From Octopus bimaculoides (Eukaryota), in contig NC_068983.1 of NCBI RefSeq assembly GCF_001194135.2, forward strand, positions 140,659,836 through 140,712,980: 53,145 nt of DNA. Direction: 5' to 3'. A program made the translations under genes and the position numbers. Under the pieces are notes generated by a model. The model did no database searches. It was not told where the DNA came from and saw nothing but the letters and a program-made list of their open reading frames with translations. Below, piece after piece: positions 1 to 12,493 of this stretch. The stretch's first letter is position 1, and every line of letters begins with the position of its first letter.

Positions 1-958
1 ATATATATATATATATACACGCGTTCATACGTATACACACACGCATGTATCTATAATGTACGTTTAAATATGCATATGAAAACGAATAAAGTGGGATATA
101 ATAGAGAGTGGTGTCTACACAGTTAAATATGTGTGTGCATATGTCTGTAAACAAAATTCATTCTGTTATAAATATATCAGGTATACTGCCATCTCTGCGA
201 TATTTTATTTCAGATACCTTGGTACAAAAAAGTGTCTTCAATTTGCTGTTGTAATCTAAGTTATATAAATCACGATATATAGACAATTAACTAGATATGT
301 AACCAAGGTTAGAATAAAGCGAAATGTGACAGGAAATACAGCTTCAAAATTATACCGTTCAACAATTCCTCCTAAAGTTGGCATGAGGTTTTGAAACAAT
401 GGACTTTGAATGTGAAATATTCATTTAGAATGTCGGTCTCTCCTCAAATCTTTCCTCTAATACAAACCAAGGGTCTGTTCTGAATATAACTTAATTCGGT
501 TTATTTACTCAGTAACTAAGCAATATAAGCAAATTATTTATCATTGCGATGTCGTCGAGAAAAAAATCTTCATTTACATTGAATGGCTGGATAAAATATG
601 CTGTTTTGTAGTCTTATTTCATGCTATTATCCATTGATTGAGTGCTCTTAGACCTTATTTGCATGCCGAGTGAAGCGGTATATCAGATTCTAAATGTAGA
701 TATAATATGCACAGCCAAGATAAGAACCCAAATATTTGACGACGGTCTTAGTATACAGAGAGAAAGCATGTCTTGTTTTCCTGGTCAAGGTCAAGATCGG
801 TGTGCATCCAGCTTGTTATTATGTCTCATAAACACACGCACAAAAATGGTGACAATAAATAGATTAAAATGTGGGACACTCAAATTACCATCTCAATTTC
901 AACTGGAAGATACAAACGAAAAACAGATTCCATCATTGTATATTCAAAATCTCAATTA

Positions 959-2640
959 CACTGGACAACAAGAATTTTTCAACAAGCATACGTCAAGGTG
1001 TACTTAGTGTAGTTTTTAATGCTGATTTCAAATATACAATTAGTTTTTTGACATCACGTACAGTTTTCAAGATGAGAAAGTTTTTTGGTCTTAGTTTATG
1101 CATTATATAGAAATTCAAATTAATGACGCGTATACATGTATTTTATTTACATCATGGAATCATACCTTTAAAATAAACTACATTATTCATTGATGCATGG
1201 TTCAGATGAAATATTTCCTCATCTCAAATTCAGTAGTATAAGTATCTATTTCCTCACTTGTTATACAGTCTTGGTAATGTCAAGACAATGTAGAAATCTT
1301 CCAAATGTGTTTTGTTATGTCTGTGGACAATTTATTGTAAAAGCTCAAACGCGTACGATAAAACTAGGGATCAAGACGATTTATAAGATATACCTTGACT
1401 GTTCTGTTGGCGATCAGGAGAAATTATGGGTACCACATTTTATCTGCTCATCTTGCTCAAATAGCTTACGTGACTCACAATGGAAGTCTACCAATTCCAG
1501 TTCCAGCAGACGATGGCATTGAAAGATCAAATGACGGTGTTGAAACATCAGATGATTATGCTAACTGTCACGATAGTGCTGCAGAGGAAGATTACGTGGC
1601 TGATGACGATAATTTCCGCAGCTGAACTGAATGACCTTGTCAAAGACCTATCCCTCTCAAAAGATAAAGCAGAACTGTTGGCCTCAAGACTGAAGGAGAT
1701 GTATCTGCTAGAGTACGGTGTTTGTATAACTTATTTTCGGCAGAGAAATGTAGTTCCACAAACGTGTTTTTCTGTTGAAAGCCTGCAAGTTGTACTTCTT
1801 CATATTGGTAATTTGAAGTCCTCCATTCTGTTCCTGTTCATGAATAATATGAGAATATTGAATTTTTACTTCATTCCATTGCCTATGAAAGATACTCATG
1901 CAAAATATGTGGAAATTTAAAAGTCATTGGAATGTTAATGGGAATGCAGTTAGGTTTTACAAAATACTGTTGTTTCTTGTGTCTATGGGATAGTCGGGCA
2001 GCTGACAAACATTATTCGGAATCAAACTGACAGCCAAGAACAAGACAGGACTATCTAGCTTCATGAATATACCTCTTGTAGACCCAGGTAATGTCCTATT
2101 GCCTTCTTTTGTACTGATGAAACAGTTTGTACAACATCAGAGAAGAGAAACGCCAGAGAGTTTGAGTACGTTGTAGGAAAGTTTCCCAAAATCACAGAGG
2201 CGAATTTGAAAGAGAGTATCTTTGTCGGACCCAAATTAGATAGAGAAGTAGTCAAAGATATCAGCTTCAAGACAACATTGGATGATCTGGAACTGCCAGC
2301 GTGGAATGCTTTCAATTGGAGCTGTGAGAATTTCTTGTGCAACAAGAAGATAATGGACTACAAGGGCGGCATCAGGAATCTTCTGAAATGTCACTCACCA
2401 ATGGGTTGTCGCATGTCATTGAAAGTTCACTTCTTGAACTCCCATCTGCATTTCTTCACAGATAACCTTGGGGCAGTGTCTGATGTACATGGTGAAAGAT
2501 TTCACCAGGAAATTAGTGCTATGGAGAAATGGTACCAAGGCTTCTGGAATGACAGAATGCTGTCTGACTACTGCTGGACACTTTACCGTGATGAACCAGA
2601 AAAGGAATACCGCAGGAAATCTAAACCACAATGTTTCTAA
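959..2640 (+). mobile_element. Decayed Chapaev3-like (CMC-type DDE) DNA transposon; left end present, right end not found
   Basis: Starts CACTGGACAACAAGAATTTTTC at 959, a CAC terminus, followed by the transposase remnants at 1277-2640. No matching right TIR is seen after the stop codon. The family label is from memory of the motifs. Confidence 0.65.
1277..2640 (+). pseudogene. Frameshifted, internally deleted transposase
   Basis: Spread over several frames. N-terminal Cys/His region MSRQCRNLPNVFCYVCGQF...GDQEKLWVPHFICSSC; LNDLVKDLSLSKDKAELLASRLKE; KVIGMLMGMQLGFTKYCCFLCLWDSRA (~1921-2000); KESIFVGP; C-terminal MSLKVHFLNSHLHFFTDNLGAVSDVHGERFHQEISAMEKWYQG...DYCW carrying the candidate catalytic Glu. 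Confidence 0.8.
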
Positions 2641-2653
2641 CTCTGTTGTGCTA

Positions 2654-2836
<183 letters not shown>

Positions 2837-2982
2837 GATCAATAATATCAACAATAATATAAATGGCCAGTAAGCATTAAGACCAAAACGGCAAATTTAT
2901 AAATTTATAACTAATTATTAATTATAATTGATGCTACAACGCTGGTACTTCGTGTACCCTCAATAATAATTAATAATTAATT

Positions 2983-3262
2983 CGTGTGGTAAGAAACTTG
3001 CTTCCCACCCACATTGTTCTAGGTTTTGTCCCACTGCGTGGTACCTTGGGCAAGTGTCTTCTACTATAGTCTTGGGCTGAGAAAATCCCTGTGTGTGCAT
3101 TTGTTAGACAGAAACTGAAAGAAGCCCGTCATATTCATATATATATGGATCCATGTGTGTGTGTTTGTGCGTCTGCGTTTGTCCCCCACCAACCGATATT
3201 GGTGTGTTTATATCCCAGTAACCTAGCTGTTCGGCAATAAGTATTAGGCTTAAATGAATAAT
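2983..3262 (+). mobile_element. tRNA-type SINE family A, degraded copy
   Basis: GTGGTAAGAAACTTGCTTCCCA head, CCTTGGGCAAGTGTCTTCTACTATAG core and GAAACTGAAAGAAGCCCGTC, then an internal (TA/GT)n. It matches the segments at 18990-19150 and 27240-27517. Confidence 0.8.
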
Positions 3263-4087
3263 ACTGTTCTATATATATATATATATNNNNNNNNNNNNNN
3301 NNNNNNNNNNNNNNNNNNNNNNNNNNNNNNNNNNNNNNNNNNNNNNNNNNNNNNNNNNNNNNNNNNNNNNNNNNNNNNNNNNNNNNNNNNNNNNNNNNNN
3401 NNNNNNNNNNNNNNNNNNNNNNNNNNNNNNNNNNNNNNNNNNNNNNNNNNNNNNNNNNNNNNNNNNNNNNNNNNNNNNNNNNNNNNNNNNNNNNNNNNNN
3501 NNNNNNNNNNNNNNNNNNNNNNNNNNNNNNNNNNNNNNNNNNNNNNNNNNNNNNNNNNNNNNNNNNNNNNNNNNNNNNNNNNNNNNNNNNNNNNNNNNNN
3601 NNNNNNNNNNNNNNNNNNNNNNNNNNNNNNNNNNNNNNNNNNNNNNNNNNNNNNNNNNNNNNNNNNNNNNNNNNNNNNNNNNNNNNNNNNNNNNNNNNNN
3701 NNNNNNNNNNNNNNNNNNNNNNNNNNNNNNNNNNNNNNNNNNNNNNNNNNNNNNNNNNNNNNNNNNNNNNNNNNNNNNNNNNNNNNNNNNNNNNNNNNNN
3801 NNNNNNNNNNNNNNNNNNNNNNNNNNNNNNNNNNNNNNNNNNNNNNNNNNNNNNNNNNNNNNNNNNNNNNNNNNNNNNNNNNNNNNNNNNNNNNNNNNNN
3901 NNNNNNNNNNNNNNNNNNNNNNNNNNNNNNNNNNNNNNNNNNNNNNNNNNNNNNNNNNNNNNNNNNNNNNNNNNNNNNNNNNNNNNNNNNNNNNNNNNNN
4001 NNNNNNNNNNNNNNNNNNNNNNNNNNNNNNNNNNNNNNNNNNNNNNNNNNNNNNNNNNNNNNNNNNNNNNNNNNNNNNNNNNNNNNN

Positions 4088-4132
<45 letters not shown>

Positions 4133-4134
4133 AT

Positions 4135-5346
4135 ATACATATTCTATTTAATGTTCTAGCCCTAAGACTATGGCCATGCTGTGGCACCACCAGTGTAATC
4201 ACCTTTTAATTGGACAATCGTATGTGATTGACGTTTGGTGAAGGAGAGAATTCGAAACTGCTGTCCTCATTTGAATTTCCTGCCGTGATATTGCTTCATC
4301 TGGTATTTTAGATAGCAAGAGGTCAAGTATTTTTCTTCAAAACATCAATCACCACTCCGTGGAGATCCCTCAATCTTTGGCAAGGCGTTAAACAGCTGTG
4401 GGTTCTTGAATCCCAAGCTATTGCAGTAAACATTCCTCCCCTTAAATGGGCAGCTGGGACTTTTAGAACAGTGCAGTGACGTCCATTTTGAGGTATGGCA
4501 TAACTCTTAGTTCCAAAAATTGATGTCAGCCCCTTCAGTGTCTCCCACATACATATCACTGCATACGTCTCTCGGCTTCTCTCTCCAGGAAAGAGTCGTA
4601 GCTCTTTATGTCTCGCCTAGTAGCTCAGCTGTGGAGGCGCAATGGCCCATTGGTTAGGGCAGCGGACTCGCGATCCTAGGATCGCGTTTTCGATTCCCAG
4701 ACCGGGCGTTGTGAGTGTTTATTGAACGAAAATATCTAAAAGCTCCACGAGGGTCCGGCAGTGGATGGTTGTGAACCCTGCTGTACTCGTCCATCACAAC
4801 TTTCTCTCACTGTTACTTCCTGTTTCTGTTGTACCTGTAATTCAAAGGGTCAGCCTTGTCACACTGTGTCACGCTGAATATCCCCGAGAACTACGTTAAG
4901 GGTACACGTGTCTGTGGAGTGCTCAGCCACTTACACGTTTATTTCCCGAGCGTGTAGCATCGCAGAACCACCTCAACTTCGGCTATTAATCCGACACTGT
5001 AAGGTACCCACCGTTGAGAGCAGTAGTCCAGACAGGTGAGGACAAATGTCCTCCATAGGACCAGCATAGTTTCCTGGCCCCTTCTTCTGAAGGTTCTCAG
5101 AATCCATTCTGCCATTCGCCTGCAAACTGCCACCAACTTGGTGATATGCATGTGAAACGAGGCATCGTTGCTCATATCAATCCCAAGACCATGCACCGTA
5201 TGTGATCCTGGTAATGCCGCTCCTTTTGGTGCAAAGTATCATTGTTGCGACTACTGAGCACCAATCAGCAGATAGCGGAGGGCTCGGAATTTAACTGCAT
5301 TAAATTGCATGTCGTTGTCTTCAGCCTATTTATATAAGGCATCTAA

Positions 5347-5347
<1 letters not shown>
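4135..5347 (-). mobile_element. CR1-group LINE, 3' part (post-RT ORF2 C-terminus plus 3' UTR), interrupted by a SINE
   Basis: Minus strand reads LDALYK*AEDNDMQFNAVKF, then GIDMSNDASFHMHITKLVAVCRRMAEWILRTF...LDYCSQRW...VVLRCYT. After the SINE it continues KELRL..ERSRETYAVICMWETLKGL, YCNSLGFKNPQLFNALPK and LDLLLSKIPDE, followed by a short 3' UTR. Confidence 0.85.
4631..4951 (+). mobile_element. tRNA-derived SINE family C, apparently 3'-truncated, inserted antisense into the CR1 LINE
   Basis: Box A-like TGGCCCATTGGTTAGG and box B-like GTTTTCGATTCCC in a tRNA-shaped head. The LINE reading frame resumes on both sides. Confidence 0.8.
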
Positions 5348-5382
<35 letters not shown>

Positions 5383-6324
5383 CAATGAATAGAAATGGGT
5401 TTGATAATTTTAAGTAATTTCTGTTCATATTTTCAAATATATAATATAGAACCAATGATTTTCTATTGTATATTCTATTGTATATATGTGTGTGAATGCT
5501 TGTGTGTGTGTGTGTATGTGTGTGTATTCATTATTCGTCAATCATAAATCTAAGTGTCATGTGATGTTTTATAATATGACTGAAGTTAGAATTCAACACA
5601 CTTATCTATTCAACAAATGCATTCCCAAAGAAACTGAAATATGATTATTAATCAGGGGATCAGTGAGGTTTATGGATTGTCGAAAAAAATTACTGATAAT
5701 AATGTATCCCAAGTATAATTCTTTTCTAGTCTAATGTGTAGAACAACTGATAAATTCTACAATTCACATGGTGAAGCATGTATTATATTTGCATATACCA
5801 AACAAAGCAGGCGATCATTGTTAATGGCTTATCTAGTTTCAAAAAGAAATGCGATTTATGTTAAGTATCTCATCATGTTACAGAGAATTGCACTTCCACT
5901 AAAGAAGAAATAATGTATTATAGGAGGACGATGTTTTAGAAATTCCTGAATAACTTGTGATGGAAATATATATCAAGCATCATCAATTCGGGATTTCTGC
6001 ACAAGAATTCCAAAAGTGGAGTAAAGAATTACTCTGCATCTAGGGATACTTAGAAAAGCCCTACATGCAACATTTAATTTTATAATAGGTAATATTGTCG
6101 GAGTCTAAATTCTTGATGCATTTCAATAGAAATAATTTTAACCGTGCTCCCCGTTTGTAAATATATTGAAATATGTATACAAATAAATAAAAAATGCAAC
6201 ACTAAATGAAATATTATATGGTATAATCCTGTCTATATTTTCAGTTTTTGTTCTTGTATGATATGGTACGTAGTTCCGTAGAGCAGCAACAAATGGTAAC
6301 ATACGGTTATACCAAGGTTATACA

Positions 6325-6760
6325 CGGTTCCGTATGTTAACCTTGGGATATTGACTATAGAGAAACTGAGCATGCTTCGGCAAGCTTACAGTTACATGGC
6401 AATGTGTCGTACGCAATGTTTCGAGATGCAAGGGGGATTCAAAAGTGGAAGAACCTCCCTAGAAGACGATGTGCAATCTGGGAGTCCATCCCCGAGCGTC
6501 AAACCCGGAAATGTGGAGAACATTCATCAGCATGTGCATGAGGGTCTTCGGAGAACAATCAATGATATTTCTGATGTTGTTGTATGGCTCCCTACAAGCA
6601 ATCTTAACAAATCAATTATTCCGGACGACAATGCACTCTGTCACCGGACTCTCTTCACGTGTGCATTACTCGCCAAAAACAACATGCTATGGCTTTCACA
6701 CACGCCCTACTAGCCAGGTTTAACACCTGCGGACTTCGATCTCTTCCCCATGAGGAAAAG
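6325..6760 (+). mobile_element. Internally deleted mariner transposase fragment
   Basis: MLRQAYSYMAMCRTQCFE..FKSGRTSLEDDVQSGSPS..ENIHQHVHEGLRRTINDISD is the HTH region. It is joined to LAKNNMLWLSHTPY*PGLTPADFDLFP, a degenerate YSPDLAP motif. TIRs were not recognised. Confidence 0.85.
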
Positions 6761-7964
6761 AGAGCTCAAACCTACTTTCAACTAATTTTTATAACGTTTC
6801 CTAATAAGAAAGATCTTACTGAACCATCATGTGTGTGTGTGTGTGTGTGTGTAAACATTATCGAACAAACATACTCGTGCACGGACAATGCCTGTTTGCC
6901 GATAGGCTGCAACATCGGTGTGGGGATGACTCCTATAAAGCGCCGGGTGTCCAAAAACCTGAAAGTCATAGACAGACGAGACAACTCACCCTAAATCCTA
7001 TTCAGTAACGATGAACATTAATATTTCGCCATTTTTGTGGCTTATGATCATCATTTACCTTAACCGAATTGGTAACAACCAGAATCGCCAAACCATGACT
7101 ATATACAAATAGTGTTATACTAATACATCTATATGTTTTATACACCACCNNNNNNNNNNNNNNNNNNNNNNNNNNNNNNNNNNNNNNNNNNNNNNNNNNN
7201 NNNNNNNNNNNNNNNNNNNNNNNNNNNNNNNNNNNNNNNNNNNNNNNNNNNNNNNNNNNNNNNNNNNNNNNNNNNNNNNNNNNNNNNNNNNNNNNNNNNN
7301 NNNNNNNNNNNNNNNNNNNATATATATATGTATATATATATATACATATAAGAAGCATAAACCAATCCATTCACACGCACATATATATGTATATTTATAT
7401 GTATTATGTATACACACATACGTATATACAAAGTATGGGGGTTTAGTTCACAGGTGAAAAGAAGAACACCACTGGTACCTACTACTTTCTTTAAATTGCT
7501 TTCATTTCGCTCTATTTTGTTTATATTTTTACGATATCTTCCTCTACCTCCTCATCCCCTCTCTTATCTTCTCGGCTATATTAGTGCAATATATTCTTAC
7601 AAACTATATGATTACATTCCTTATTTTATCCAAAAGTCAATACTTAACCTCCCTCCTCACTCTATCTACCTCTCTTTCTATTTATTTAGTTTTCTTTCCT
7701 TTGAACACTTAATACCCACCTCCACTATCATTCTGTTATTGAACGTTGATATGCTCACGTCTTTTTTCAGGACGTTTACAATATGAGGTCTAAAACCCAC
7801 ATGGATCTACATAGGATTGCACGTAAGGAAATATGGACTTATTTCTACATCATCGGAAAGTTGAACTGTGAACTTTTATGCTTATTTTTTTCTTCTCTTT
7901 CTTCATCTTCTATTCCTGTCCTCTATTTCGTCATTTCATTAATCTATGCCCTTCTCATTTTCAC

Positions 7965-8030
7965 TATTTGTCTCTGATGACGAAATATCCCATGCTCTGG
8001 GATATCTCAGAAACATCTGTAATTACAGTT
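7965..8030 (+). ncRNA. Degenerate minimal type I hammerhead-ribozyme-like motif (possible Penelope pLTR relic)
   Basis: CTGATGA at 7974-7980; perfect stem ATATCCCA/TGGGATAT; GAAAC at 8010-8014; GTA triplet at 8019-8021. Stem I and the base of stem II are mismatched. Confidence 0.3.
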
Positions 8031-8521
8031 TATTAAAGAAGATGACTCCGCTGAAAAAAGATTGTGCAGAGGAAGAGAAATTTAAAGTAGAAACTCCTGC
8101 ATTTGAAAGAAAATACGTTTGGGGATATCAATAGTGACCATAGGTCAAGATAACCAGGAAATGTAAGAATTAATTAACTTGAGTACACGAATCACAATCT
8201 TTGCACTGCATGCGCCGTTAGGGTGGAATAATTTTGGTACTGGAAATAATTGCAATGTGGGTGCCTGCTTAACTAGCACCCAGTTTCAAGCAGGGGAGTG
8301 TAGAACCATATTCTTATTTGCTGGAAGTGTTTCATTTTAGTTTTATCCAATGTTGTAACAGATGGTAATAGATTGTTTAATTTTATGGTCAGTGATCTAA
8401 GGTTATACAATGAGATTGAAAAATATCTAGTATTATAAAAGGACTAAGATATGAGAAAAATTGCGATCTACACAAACAGTAATAGACGACTGTGTTGGGG
8501 AATGACAAGAGCTTCATTTAC

Positions 8522-8680
8522 CTTGATTTACTGGAACATGACTGTACCATGAACCGTAGCGTTGAATTGTGACATCCAAAAAGATTAGAGATAACATAAG
8601 CAAGCGGAACATCACCAAAAATTAAATCTATAAACGATACCCATTCAGGAAATTGCACAGCCACAGATATCTTTGGTAAG
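8522..8680 (-). other. Candidate 159-nt internal exon (phase 2-2), unverified
   Basis: Acceptor tttgttacaag and donor AG|gtaaat. One frame is open: LPKISVAVQFPEWVSFIDLIFGDVPLAYVISNLFGCHNSTLRFMVQSCSSKS. I recognise no homologue. Confidence 0.2.
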
Positions 8681-9652
8681 CTTGTAACAAATAAGGCTGG
8701 TCAGTTATCTCACATTAACTGTATACACCACATCTGATACCCTTCGATAACCACATATTTTAGTGATACCGTATATAAAAATAATAATTTCAGGAAAAAT
8801 CTGTAAGCACGTGAACAGAAACAATATTTAATCTATAATATTCCCCTCAAGTCCCTCTGAACAAACTGGCTGTCTTAACCGTGCAAGCCTTCCCTACCAG
8901 TAGCATGCGTGATCTTCAATTTTCTGATCAGATTATGTAAGACTTACTTAACTTGAACTTTTTCCGTTACAAATCAATTACACCAACGTAGCTGGTGAAA
9001 TAGATCTTTTTGCTAATCAGGTCAATGATACCTGTCAAAGATTGTGATTAAATCTCATTTCCTGCTTCATAAAAAGAAACTTGGAGAAGAAACATGTTCT
9101 TTCATTATAATGACGTCAGGGATAATATATCTATACCAGAAGAGGAATAAGATGGTAGGATAGCAAAAAAAGAAAGAAAATAATAATAATAATAATAAAA
9201 CAGTAGAGTTCAGTTCGGAATACCTAACAAAACAAACCATAGGATTATACGTTCAAATTCAAAACTTAATACAGAATCTAGTTTATTTCTTAATATTTAC
9301 ATTAAAAAAGGTAGAAAAAAATAGACACTGCAGTCAAGTCAATAATATTTTACATAGAACATGAATTGAAACCAGTTGCCTCTTATACATGCCTATTATC
9401 AAAGTGTCTGCTCATGGCAAAAATAATTTCGAGAAATGTTTTAAATCATATATTGAAGGAAATTAAAGCAAAACTATATTAAAAGGAGTGTTTTCTAAAT
9501 AATTTTTGTTTTACTTCAAGTGGCATACTTATGTATAAATATATTGAAGTGTGTGTTTGTGTGCGCTTGCATATATAGATATATAGGGGCATTTGGGCAG
9601 ATGTATATATAGACACACACATGCACAAACACACACATACAAACACACACAA

Positions 9653-9692
<40 letters not shown>

Positions 9693-11443
9693 ACACATAT
9701 ATGAATGTGAAATATTTGAAAATATTTATTCATTCGACATCAGTCTGCACAAAAGGAAATATATATGAATAGATGTTTATATATCTACATACATATAAAA
9801 GCATATACACGTATAACTACATATCTATATGCACAAACACAATCTCTGAAATATTAAATAAAAGTGATATATTTATAAAGGGAAAATGGTACAATTCTAT
9901 AGTAACTATTCTCTTTATTAAACTAGTTGTATATTACTTTCCTTGAAATATATTACTCTAACTATTGCTTATATTTTGCAAGATATAAAATATGTTTTGG
10001 CTGGAATATAATATAAGACGAAAGTTAATCCTATTTCTATTCATATGAAATAACTGAATCAGGTTTCGGCTATTTATACCATTAGCAAGACTGCTAAATT
10101 CCATCACTTTGCGCTGGTTTGGTTTAAATAATTAAGGTTTAGCAACAAGAGAAAAAATACCGGAGTCTACTAAGAATTTCGAAATTCCCAAAATACATAC
10201 ATAAATACATATACATAGATACATACATATTTACTCTCACATACACACATACATATATACATATATGTATATGTGTGTATGTATGTATATTCATGTTTAT
10301 ATATATGTATATATGTGTGTGGGTTGTAGGTGGGTGTGTGTGCGTTCTCTGGTTTGACCTTCCATAAATCCCAAATTTTATTTTGGTACTTATGGCAGCA
10401 ACTATTTTCGAAGACTCATATTTTCGTTCAATGATCGAAATGTGGAGTAGATAGACAGCCGACAGCTAATGAAGGGTCGTTCTTTATGTTCCTTGTCTTG
10501 TTTTCCATTTGTTTCTCTCGTTGTTTGCGTATTGAACTCGTTTGTTTTTCTATTTCATGTTTACTGTAGGTGAAGTCCTGTATATATAAACTTGTAATTA
10601 TATAGGTGCTAAAAACGTTACTTATAGTTCTTTTGTGACAGTTCATGACTGTGTTTATGATTATGCCGGGTAGTACAGAAATTTTGTATAAAACATTTCC
10701 TTCATAGACAACACTTTTCCATTTATTGCGAGTCCGATGAACATTGACATGAATCTCTGACTAAGAGTTTGGGAATTTTCTCGAATTTAATTAAATAGTT
10801 TACACACATACACACACGCTCGCGCGCACACACGCGCAGAGGTAGGGTGGGGGAGGGGTAGATAGATATACATATACGCTTATAGAGAGAAAGAAGTATA
10901 TACGTGTATGTATATGTATACATATGTGTGTGTATATGTTTGTGTGTACGTATGCGTGTGCGTGTGTGTGTGTGTGTTTCTGTGTGTGTGTGTATGCATG
11001 TTATGCATGTATAATTTTTCTTCGACTTTAATTTAATTTCTTGAAAGCGTTTAAGTCCATTACAAAAAAGCAACAAAACATTTTTGAGTTAAGAAAGTTC
11101 GCGGTGTTTATGAATATGCGGTTGAGTTGGTGTGTTGGGTTAACTATGGATGCATACGCTCAGGTGTGTGCATCTATTCACATAAGAATTTCACATGGAG
11201 AGTGTGCCCTAATGAAGGCCGGTTGTGTACTTTATGTATCCCAGATTCGTTATGTAGTTGTTGTTATTCTCTTTGCAAATCATATTAGTTTTAATAAGAA
11301 AGAAATATTTCCTAAGAAATATATGAAGAACGTGTTAAAGTTTTATGTTAAGTTAACGTTCTACGTTTTGTTTTCAGAGATATATATTGTGGTAACATTT
11401 TTACAGTAAAATATTTGATGAATTTATGTATATATATATATAT

Positions 11444-11545
11444 AGCTCGAAACGTCAAAGACTTTCCGTATTCCCGAGCGTCATACTAATATATACTTTT
11501 GTTATTTACACCACCTGTCCTCGTCTGTTGTTATTATTTGTATAT
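11444..11545 (+). mobile_element. Probable Penelope-like pLTR relic carrying the 3' half of a hammerhead core
   Basis: GCTCGAAACGTCAAAGACT (GAAAC-GTC at 11449-11456) abuts a (TA)n tract. The CTGANGA half is absent. Confidence 0.3.
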
Positions 11546-12418
11546 TCTCCCATATATATATATATATGCTTTAACTGCACGTTTGTTTACATTAGACGTG
11601 CCACTTCTCCTTATAATAATAATGGAACACCGACTATGTTGTAATTCATTGAATATTTACAACCAATCTCCCGTTATTTGTAAGGAAGCTACCAAAGATT
11701 AGTGCTGATCATCAATCGAACGAACCGAGGCAATGCTTAATGAAAGAGAATCTTCGGGAACGATCAAGAACACTGCAGTATTTTAGCACATGTCATCAGA
11801 GTGTAGGACCTCAGCATCCACGTCCAACCAAGAAGTGTCACAGGGATACGAGGATAGCGCAGACCGAATAGACGCTAGCTGGATGACACCAAGATTGTTA
11901 ATGGAAGTTTACTGTAATTAAATTCTGTTTGCGATAACTTCCCCTTTGAGGTTTCATATCAACGATGAATGCGTGTCCCCTAGGGAAGCAATTTTAAGAG
12001 AAATCTGGGATGGTGCAGCATAGAAACTCTCATCCAAGACATGTGAGATAAATGCGTCATATGGAAGGTTTCATGCTGTATACGATGCTGAGGCAACATT
12101 GTTGGCAATTAACAGGAAAAGAAACTTAAGAGAATAACAATCAACTGTAATGCATATAACATAAGTATGTTACTGACAATAATTTTTTACCATTTCAAAT
12201 TCATGTAAAACAAAATTTAAAATGTGGGCATTAAAATGTTTAAATACATACAAATAGGTTCATGTCCATTCTGAAAATTTGCCTTCGTTAAATTTCAATA
12301 AAAATCACTTGAATTGGCAAAGAGCCAACAATTGTATAATATAATTGTTGGTTCATAAATTGACTTTTCAACATGACTGATATTATCTTTATTAATTATG
12401 CATGAATGAAGGATGATG

Positions 12419-12420
<2 letters not shown>

Positions 12421-12491
<71 letters not shown>
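12421..12491. repeat. (AAT)n microsatellite flanking the 5' end of an R4/Dong fragment
   Basis: Pure AAT run. A second (AAT)n tail lies at 12875-12961. Confidence 0.95.
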
Positions 12492-12492
<1 letters not shown>

Positions 12493-12493
12493 T

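Noticed and set aside
642-1007. 121-aa ORF upstream of the transposase
   Set aside because: It has no recognisable motif, runs across the transposon's left terminus, and starts at a non-ATG codon.
4633-4710. tRNA gene
   Set aside because: The tRNA-like A/B boxes continue into a SINE body, with no proper acceptor stem or poly-T terminator. The same applies to the heads at ~31760-31836 and ~27440-27517.
10195-10990. (CA/ATAC)n to (TG/GTAT)n polarity flips forming loose hairpins (also near 20040-20290 and 49040-49170)
   Set aside because: They are low-complexity and imperfect, and such pairing is easily produced by abundant dinucleotide repeats. No defined TIRs or TSDs were found.
11444-11460. 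GAAACGTC as a complete ribozyme
   Set aside because: The 5' half (stem I strand and CUGANGA) is missing and replaced by (TA)n.
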